Under the pieces are notes generated by a model. The model saw nothing but the letters and a program-made list of their open reading frames with translations, searched no databases and was not told the DNA's origin. Below, one piece after another: positions 8,321 through 14,768 of a stretch of 14,768 nt of DNA. Numbering within the stretch: the stretch's first letter is position 1; the number at the start of each line of letters is the position of its first letter. Position numbers and translations under genes: made by a program. Origin of the DNA: Tubiluchus corallicola (taxonomy: Eukaryota; Animalia; Priapulida); assembly GCA_030141605.1 (NCBI GenBank), contig JAQGDQ010002514.1, forward strand, positions 1-14,768, in the 5' to 3' direction.

Positions 8321-9385
8321 TCATAACAAAATATTGTCTTTTTTCAAAATACCCATGAGCTCATCCACCAACTCAGCCTGTTTTACGCGTTTTATCACTT
8401 CACCCTTCGCAAATATCGCGCCATCTTTCACTCCACAAGCTATGCCATAGTCCGCCTCTCTAGCCTCTCCCGGCCCATTCACAGCGCACCCCATCACAGC
8501 AATCTTAATTCCAGCAGTGATATTTTTTACCCTATCTTCCACATCTGCCGCCACATTGATCAGATCTGCCCGTGTTCTGCCGCAAGTGGGGCAAGATATT
8601 ATCTCCACACCCTTCTTTCTCAAGCCTAAAGAGTACAATATCTCAAGCGCAACACGCACCTCCTCCACAGGATCTGCGGTCAGAGATACCCTCAATGTAT
8701 CACCTATCCCCATATGCAGGAGTGTGCCTAGGCCTACCGACGATTTAATCATACCGCTAAAAAGCGTTCCCGCCTCCGTAATCCCAATGTGAAGAGGATA
8801 GTCTGATAAAAGCGCAAAATTTTCGTAAGCCTCAATGGTTAAAGGCACATTGGAGCCTTTTAAAGATACCTTGAAATTATTAAATCCATTGTCTTCAAAA
8901 AAGCGAACACTACGCAATGCCGACAAAACTAAAGACCTTGAGCTGACCCCATATTTGGCGGACAAGCCCTTCTCAATTGAGCCGGAGTTGACACCGATCC
9001 GAATACTGCATGAGTTCAAAGATGCTGCTTGGATCAACTCCTTTACCTTCTCATCATCCCCGATATTGCCAGGGTTTATCCTTATGCAGTCTGCGCCATT
9101 CTCCATGGACAATAAACCTATTCTATGATCAAAATGGATATCCGCGACTAAAGGGATATCGACAGCATCTTTTATCTTTCTCAAAAGTCGTGCAGTCTCC
9201 ATGGTGGGGACTGCAACTCTTGCGATGTCGCACCCTGCTTCCTCCAGCAACTTTATCTGCGAAATAGTCGCCTCAACATCTGCCGTATCTGTGTTTGTCA
9301 TGGACTGCACAGCAACAGGAGCGCCACCCCCTATGCACAGATCACCTAGAGTTATCCTTCTGGTGCGCCTAGTCTTCAAATCCAT
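8321..9385 (-). CDS. ispG: (E)-4-hydroxy-3-methylbut-2-enyl-diphosphate synthase (GcpE), two-domain type
   Basis: Motifs VQSMTNT, PLVADIHFD, RINPGNIG, RIGVNSGS, YPLHIGITEAG, GDTLRVSL; Fe-S ligands CPTCGR and MGCAVNGPGE. The ATG directly follows the xerC stop (AAGGAG TAG ATG). Confidence 0.97.
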   Translation of the reverse strand: MDLKTRRTRRITLGDLCIGGGAPVAVQSMTNTDTADVEATISQIKLLEEAGCDIARVAVPTMETARLLRKIKDAVDIPLVADIHFDHRIGLLSMENGADCIRINPGNIGDDEKVKELIQAASLNSCSIRIGVNSGSIEKGLSAKYGVSSRSLVLSALRSVRFFEDNGFNNFKVSLKGSNVPLTIEAYENFALLSDYPLHIGITEAGTLFSGMIKSSVGLGTLLHMGIGDTLRVSLTADPVEEVRVALEILYSLGLRKKGVEIISCPTCGRTRADLINVAADVEDRVKNITAGIKIAVMGCAVNGPGEAREADYGIACGVKDGAIFAKGEVIKRVKQAELVDELMGILKKDNILL

Positions 9386-10294
9386 CTACTCCTTCGCCTT
9401 CGGATGAGATTCATCATACACCTTGATCAACTCCATAAGATTCATATGAGTATATTTCTCCGTCGTCGTCAAGGCTTCGTGCCCCAAAAGCTGTTGAATC
9501 GTCCTAAGATCCGCTCCGCTCTCCAGCATATGAGTGGCAAAGGTGTGGCGGAAAGAGTGAGGAGAAAATGTTAAGGGAAGATTTGCCCGCAAAAGGTAAT
9601 CGTTTACTATTCGGCGCAAGCTTCTATCGGTCAAGCGATTGCCGTATTTGTTGATGAAAAGACAATCGTCATTGATCAGATAACCCTTCATTAGGATCAA
9701 ATCCCTTGAAGCGAGATACTTCCTGATTAAACTAACCTGATAATCCACCATGGGAACGATTCTCTCCTTCTTCCCCTTTCCACGTATCCTCATCCTCAAA
9801 CCGGAAAAATCTAGATCCGCCAAATCGAGACCCACAAGTTCTGATGCCCGCAGACCGCCACCATACATAAGCTCAAGCATGACGCTATCCCTTAAGCCTG
9901 ATGGCTTGGAAACATCCGGCAAAGTCAAAAGATGGAATATATCATCAACATTGAAAACACCAGGAATCTTCTTCTCCTTGGGGGGGAATCTTATTATTCT
10001 GGAGGGGTTGTCTGGTAAAATTTGCTCCCTGTATAGATATTTAAAAAACGACTTCAGTGTAGAAATTTTTCGTTCCACGGTCGATTTCCCAACATCACTC
10101 GTGTGAAGATTGGATACATAACCCCGAAGAACAAATGCGTCCACACTCCTTATATCACTATAGCCTTCTGCTTCGAGATAGTTCAAAAAGCCCGCAAGAT
10201 CACAAGAATATGCCCTCAAAGTGTGTTCGCTACAATCCCTTTGAACTTTAAGATAATCCAAAAATAGAGAAACTGCCTTGTCTATATCCAACAC
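9386..10294 (-). CDS. xerC: XerC/XerD-family tyrosine recombinase, XerC-like
   Basis: N-terminal SxHTLRAYxxDL. Catalytic set intact: R (GLRASE), K (GKGKKER), HxxR (HSFRH), LLGH and Y (TTEKYTH). 302 aa. Family is secure; XerC versus XerD is less so. Confidence 0.85.
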   Translation of the reverse strand: MLDIDKAVSLFLDYLKVQRDCSEHTLRAYSCDLAGFLNYLEAEGYSDIRSVDAFVLRGYVSNLHTSDVGKSTVERKISTLKSFFKYLYREQILPDNPSRIIRFPPKEKKIPGVFNVDDIFHLLTLPDVSKPSGLRDSVMLELMYGGGLRASELVGLDLADLDFSGLRMRIRGKGKKERIVPMVDYQVSLIRKYLASRDLILMKGYLINDDCLFINKYGNRLTDRSLRRIVNDYLLRANLPLTFSPHSFRHTFATHMLESGADLRTIQQLLGHEALTTTEKYTHMNLMELIKVYDESHPKAKE

Positions 10295-10308
10295 AAAAAA
10301 AACCTACA

Positions 10309-12870
10309 TCACTCCCCAACACCGTGGCAATGCTTATACTTCCTGCCGCTACCACAACTACATGGGTCATTTCTGCCCACCCTTGGGGCCGCTCTTCTTA
10401 CCGGTTTTCTCCTATCTTCGCCTCTCCCGAACTCTTCCTTCTTCTCCACAGTATTTGACTGCCTGCGATGTTCGGATAAGCTCGGAACCGCCTGGCGTTC
10501 CTTCCTCTGGACATGCACTAGTACATGCAAGGTTTGCACCTCCATGGAGTGCATCATCTCAGAAAATACGTTGTAAGCTTCCTTTTTGTACTCCAATAGA
10601 GGATCCTTTTGACCATAACCTCTCAAACTTACACTGCTGCGCAAATGATCCATGGCAAGGAGATGATCCTTCCAGCGACTATCCAAAACGGTGAGCAGCA
10701 CAAACTGCGCTAAATCATCAAAATGCTCTCCAAACTCAATCCTCTTGCTATCGATGACGTTGCCTATTGAGTGTACTATGTCACCCCTTAAAGCTCCTAT
10801 TGTGCGCTTATTTTCACCCTCAGTGTCAAGTTCTACGTCCGCAATCCTCTTCAACTCCCTCTCAAACCCTTCATTGTCATCCAGATCGCTAAAGTGCTTT
10901 TCGATCAGATCGTCCACAACATTTTCTACATAATCGTTGATGATTTTAGATGCTCCGGATGGAACCAGTATCTCGCGACGCGTACCATAAATCACTTTAC
11001 GCTGTTGGTTGGCGACATCGTCATACTCCAGAAGATGTTTACGTATCTCAAAATGGGAAGCCTCTACCCGTTTTTGAGCATTTTCAATGGACCTTGTCAC
11101 TAATGGGTGCTCTATGGGCTCTCCATCCTCCATGCCGACCTTCTCCATTATCCCGGACATCTTCTCAGATACAAAAATCCGCAAAAGGTTGTCGTCAAAA
11201 CTGAGAAAGAACCGAGATGAACCGGGATCCCCCTGCCTTCCCGCACGACCACGGAGCTGGTTATCTATCCGTCTGGATTCATGGCGCTCTGTACCAATTA
11301 TGTGGAGACCGCCAATATCTGCTATCCCCTCCCCGAGTTTAATATCGGTACCTCGGCCAGCCATATTTGTCGCAATAGTTACCGCTCCCTTCCTGCCGGC
11401 ACCGGCAATAATCTGTGCTTCACGCTCGTGATGTTTGGCGTTTAGCACCTCGTGACGGATTTTCCTCTTTTGGAGAAGCTTCGATATATATTCCGATGTT
11501 TCTATGGATACAGTCCCCACAAGAACAGGCCTGCCAATTTTGTGCTTCTCGTTGATGTCATCAATTATCGCATCATATTTCTCTTTGAACGTCTTGTATA
11601 TCTGATCTGAAGAATCTTCACGTATCATCACAGCATGAGTGGGAACGGGAACGACATTCAGCTTATATATCTCCGAAAATTCCTGAGCTTCGGTTAAAGC
11701 CGTACCGGTCATGCCGGCGAGCTTGTTGTACATCCTGAAATAGTTCTGAAAAGTGATAGAAGCAAGGGTCTGATTTTCATTCTCAATCACCACCCCCTCT
11801 TTTGCCTCAATAGACTGGTGCAGTCCATCCGAATATCTTCTGCCATCCATCAAGCGGCCGGTAAATTCGTCAACAATTACAACTTTGCCCTCATTCACAA
11901 CATAATCTATATCTTTCTTAAAAACAAAATGAGCCTTAAGGGCATTGTTCACAAAATGCAGCGCACCTATATTTGCAACGTCATAGAGGTTCTCCACACC
12001 AAGACCCTTTTCAACAATCTCTATACCGCTATCTGTCAATTTTGCAGAACGCCCCTTCTCATCCAGCGCATAGTCAGCATCCGTCAGTGACGCAACGACA
12101 TTCTTAACATCGTAGTAATAGGTGGTGGATACCTCTGTTGGGCCACTTATTATGAGAGGCGTTCTCGCCTCATCAATAAGTATGCTATCCACCTCATCCA
12201 CTATGGCAAAATTCAGTTCCCGCTGAACATAATCTCCAAGACCAAACTTCATATTGTCCCGGAGATAGTCAAATCCGTATTCATTGTTTGTACCATAGGT
12301 AATATCAGCATTATAAGCCTCTTGACGACTGCAAGGCACTGCACGCGTCGTAAACTTCTCCTCATCCTCAAACTCGACTAAAAACGTCCCTTCATTCTGG
12401 ATAATGCCAACACTCAAGCCGGTATAAAGGTAGATAGCCCCCATCCACAACGCATCTCTCTTCGCAAGATAGTCATTTACCGTGACAAGATGTGAACCTT
12501 TCCTCTCGATTGCATTTAGATACAGAGCTAAAGTTGCAACGAGAGTTTTACCTTCACCAGTCTTCATTTCAGCGATCTTGCCCTGATGTAGAATACAGCC
12601 ACCAATCAACTGGACATCAAAGTGACGCATCTGGACAGTTCGCTTTGAAGCTTCTCGAACAACGGCAAAAGCTTCCGGCAAAATAGAATCCAGACTCTCG
12701 CCATTCTCTACACGGGAAAAAAATTCTTGGGTCTTAGATTGCAGAGCAACTTTATCGAGAGAGGATACCTCATCCTCTAAAGAGTTTATCTTGTTCACAA
12801 TGGGCTGAAGCTTTTTGATATACTTGTCGTGATAAGAACCAAATATTCGCTTAAAAACATACCTATACAT
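10309..12870 (-). CDS. secA: Preprotein translocase ATPase SecA
   Basis: Motifs [59 protein letters not shown], and C-terminal SEC-C motif [18 protein letters not shown]. Start moved to ATG 12870 because AGGAG (12883-12879) lies 8 nt upstream. Confidence 0.98.
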   Translation of the reverse strand: MYRYVFKRIFGSYHDKYIKKLQPIVNKINSLEDEVSSLDKVALQSKTQEFFSRVENGESLDSILPEAFAVVREASKRTVQMRHFDVQLIGGCILHQGKIAEMKTGEGKTLVATLALYLNAIERKGSHLVTVNDYLAKRDALWMGAIYLYTGLSVGIIQNEGTFLVEFEDEEKFTTRAVPCSRQEAYNADITYGTNNEYGFDYLRDNMKFGLGDYVQRELNFAIVDEVDSILIDEARTPLIISGPTEVSTTYYYDVKNVVASLTDADYALDEKGRSAKLTDSGIEIVEKGLGVENLYDVANIGALHFVNNALKAHFVFKKDIDYVVNEGKVVIVDEFTGRLMDGRRYSDGLHQSIEAKEGVVIENENQTLASITFQNYFRMYNKLAGMTGTALTEAQEFSEIYKLNVVPVPTHAVMIREDSSDQIYKTFKEKYDAIIDDINEKHKIGRPVLVGTVSIETSEYISKLLQKRKIRHEVLNAKHHEREAQIIAGAGRKGAVTIATNMAGRGTDIKLGEGIADIGGLHIIGTERHESRRIDNQLRGRAGRQGDPGSSRFFLSFDDNLLRIFVSEKMSGIMEKVGMEDGEPIEHPLVTRSIENAQKRVEASHFEIRKHLLEYDDVANQQRKVIYGTRREILVPSGASKIINDYVENVVDDLIEKHFSDLDDNEGFERELKRIADVELDTEGENKRTIGALRGDIVHSIGNVIDSKRIEFGEHFDDLAQFVLLTVLDSRWKDHLLAMDHLRSSVSLRGYGQKDPLLEYKKEAYNVFSEMMHSMEVQTLHVLVHVQRKERQAVPSLSEHRRQSNTVEKKEEFGRGEDRRKPVRRAAPRVGRNDPCSCGSGRKYKHCHGVGE

Positions 12871-12924
12871 AGAGAGCACTCCTAATCTACAATACGTCGC
12901 GTCAGACGTTCGAAAATCTATTCT

Positions 12925-13707
12925 TTAACGAACACTATGAGCGTCGTTCAATATTCTGTAAGCAGCCATGGCTGCACCGAAACCGTTATCAATATTTACT
13001 ACGGTGATACCGCTTGAGCAAGATGTCAACATCGAAAAAAGAGCGGTAAATCCGTTCAAAGCAGTGCCATATCCGACAGATGTGGGTACAGCTATCACAG
13101 GATGAGGAAAAAGCCCCCCAACAACAGAAGGCAACGCCCCCTCCATGCCAGCTACAACAATCAACACATCCGCAACGCGAATGGCATCTGTCTTCGACAG
13201 TAGCCTATGTATTCCCGCAACACCCACATCATGGTAAGTGTCAACAGGCACCCCAAACATATTGAGCGTCTCCTCAGCCTCCCTTGCCACACGTAAATCG
13301 CTGCTCCCTGCAGTAATCAGCCCAACCTTGCCGCTCAACACAGGGTAAGGCTTACGCACATCCTTGACCACTCCCGCATCCGGATAATATGTGTGCTTTG
13401 GAAGCTCAGAACGCAAAGCCGCCATCTTCTCCTCATCAAGCCCTGTACAAAAAAAGTTTGACTTCTCCTTCCTCAACTGTTTCCCTATCCTAACCAACTG
13501 TTCAACACTTTTACCTTGGCCATAGATAACTTCTTCAAAGCCGACACGCCCTTTTCTGGCTACATCAACTTCAAAATCTTTAGAAGGGGAGGGAGCAGCT
13601 GCGGCAGAAGAGATGTTTCCCATTATCGCCTCTAAAGCGGAATCGACATTTATAGTGCCTAAATGCAGCTTCACAAGAAGGTCTTTTACATCATCTTTAT
13701 TCATCAT
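12925..13707 (-). CDS. larB: Nickel-pincer cofactor biosynthesis carboxylase/hydrolase LarB (PurE/AIR-carboxylase-like)
   Basis: Motifs RxGFxEVIYGQGK, TAGSSDLRVAREA, DVGVAGIHRL, VVAGMEGALPSV, AVPTSVGYG, MLTSCSSGITVVNIDNGFGAA. Start overlaps the rlmE stop (ATGA, 13704-13707). Confidence 0.92.
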   Translation of the reverse strand: MMNKDDVKDLLVKLHLGTINVDSALEAIMGNISSAAAAPSPSKDFEVDVARKGRVGFEEVIYGQGKSVEQLVRIGKQLRKEKSNFFCTGLDEEKMAALRSELPKHTYYPDAGVVKDVRKPYPVLSGKVGLITAGSSDLRVAREAEETLNMFGVPVDTYHDVGVAGIHRLLSKTDAIRVADVLIVVAGMEGALPSVVGGLFPHPVIAVPTSVGYGTALNGFTALFSMLTSCSSGITVVNIDNGFGAAMAAYRILNDAHSVR

Positions 13708-14321
13708 TTTTCAACACCAAACCTATACCCTTTGCAACATATGTATATCTCAAAACTGCTCTTTCTGCTACTATTTGGCTTTGCCACCACAACCTTCACG
13801 AAATCTTTCTTCAGAACGGCTAAAAGCTTATTCCTATCTTCTCCATCAAAAAGCTTAAATAAAAAGGAGCCATTCCTCTTTAGGAGGCGCTTCAAAGAGC
13901 TGTAAATGACGTTCACAAGCTCAACCGAGTTGCAGTGATCCGTTATCCTGATACCTGTAGTATTGGGCGCTGCATCACTTAAAATCACGTCATAACCACC
14001 ATGATCAGCAGCATCAAGCACCTGCAGGATAGTACTCTCATCCAAAATATCTCCCATGATAAACGTATGAGAAGAACTATTGAGGGGCTCCATATCCAGG
14101 ATATCTACCCCCGTGACTAAACTATTCCTGCCACCAAGAGACAACGCAGCCTGGGACCAGCCCCCGGGTGAACAGCCAAAATCGAGGATCTTCATCCCTC
14201 CGGTTATCAAGCCATAACGTTTATTCATCTCGAGAAGCTTATAGGCAGCTCTTGAACGATATCCTTCAGCTTTTGCCTGTTTATAATATATGTCCTTTCG
14301 AGGATTAGAGCTATTAAACAA
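13704..14321 (-). CDS. rlmE: 23S rRNA Um2552 2'-O-methyltransferase (RrmJ/FtsJ family)
   Basis: AKAEGYRSRAAYKL, SAM motif DFGCSPGGW, and K-D-K-E tetrad (AAYKL, SDAAP, LFKLF, FEIY). TTG start with GAGG upstream. Confidence 0.94.
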   Translation of the reverse strand: MFNSSNPRKDIYYKQAKAEGYRSRAAYKLLEMNKRYGLITGGMKILDFGCSPGGWSQAALSLGGRNSLVTGVDILDMEPLNSSSHTFIMGDILDESTILQVLDAADHGGYDVILSDAAPNTTGIRITDHCNSVELVNVIYSSLKRLLKRNGSFLFKLFDGEDRNKLLAVLKKDFVKVVVAKPNSSRKSSFEIYICCKGYRFGVEK

Positions 14322-14337
14322 CTTAAAGACGCCTCAT

Positions 14338-14766
14338 TCAAACAATTATTTTGTAAAAATCTATATGCACAGAAACACTCTGACTGATCTCAATTTTGAT
14401 GTTGTAAAACAGTTCCATATCTTCAATACAATCCTTTTCATAGTTTAAAAGAATATCTGCGACATCGTTATGACATTCTACCTGGATTGTGGCACCTTTA
14501 TTATGCGGAGCAACCCTTTTTATACCCTTCAGAATAGTACCGCTTACGGTACTCTTTGACTTTATGATCCCTTTGCCTTCGCAATATGGACAAGATTCGC
14601 TCAAAACGCTGACTATATTTTCCTGTGACCTTTTGCGAGTAATCTCCACAAGGCCTAAAGATGTTATTCCTACAACGTTTGTCTTTACCCTGTCAAACTT
14701 CAACTCCTCTTCCAACACAGATAATACTTTGTCATTGTGCGACGGATAGTCCATGTCTATTGTTTT
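14338..14766 (-). CDS. rng: Rne/Rng-family ribonuclease (RNase G-like), C-terminal part only, 5'-truncated
   Basis: IDM...V...L...DR, LGLVEITRKR, Zn-link CPYCEGKG, short C-terminus without an RNase E scaffold. The ATG at 14754 is the internal Met of the (DF)IDM motif and the frame is open to the window edge. Confidence 0.88.
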   Translation of the reverse strand, partial: KTIDMDYPSHNDKVLSVLEEELKFDRVKTNVVGITSLGLVEITRKRSQENIVSVLSESCPYCEGKGIIKSKSTVSGTILKGIKRVAPHNKGATIQVECHNDVADILLNYEKDCIEDMELFYNIKIEISQSVSVHIDFYKIIV

Positions 14767-14768
14767 GG

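Noticed and set aside
9386-10294. Tyrosine recombinase as a prophage or island integrase
   Set aside because: Xer-type size and motifs, embedded between secA and ispG, with no att repeats, tRNA or cargo genes seen.
12884-12920. ACGTC-N6-GACGT hairpin and AATCTA direct repeat between larB and secA
   Set aside because: 5-6 bp elements with no U-tract are expected by chance.
1-14768. CRISPR array, tRNA/rRNA, T-box, transposase
   Set aside because: No regularly spaced nucleotide repeats were seen, all gaps are under 130 bp, and none shows a cloverleaf or T-box motif.

Overview
Bacterial core-genome window, probably a whole contig, with genes cut at both edges. A 5'-truncated ankyrin-repeat gene on the + strand converges on a long run of housekeeping genes on the - strand. 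In transcription order these are: Rne/Rng-family RNase (3' part only), rlmE, larB, secA, xerC-type recombinase, ispG, then the branched-chain amino acid cluster ilvD-ilvB-ilvN-ilvC and leuA. I found no tRNA, rRNA, CRISPR array or recognisable mobile element. The best candidate for something undescribed is the 92-bp ilvC-leuA spacer. It holds a near-consensus sigma70 promoter and three copies of TTATGGGA that can form two mutually exclusive hairpins, one hiding the leuA Shine-Dalgarno. A 17-aa ORF also runs from the predicted +1 to an ATGA overlap with the leuA start. Other points of interest are the two-module ankyrin protein, a larB without neighbouring lar genes, and loss of the RNase DFIDM motif in the last 8 nt. 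Protein style suggests a Deferribacterota or deltaproteobacteria-like anaerobe, but this is an unverified impression. All calls come from motif recognition; no searches or folding programs were run.
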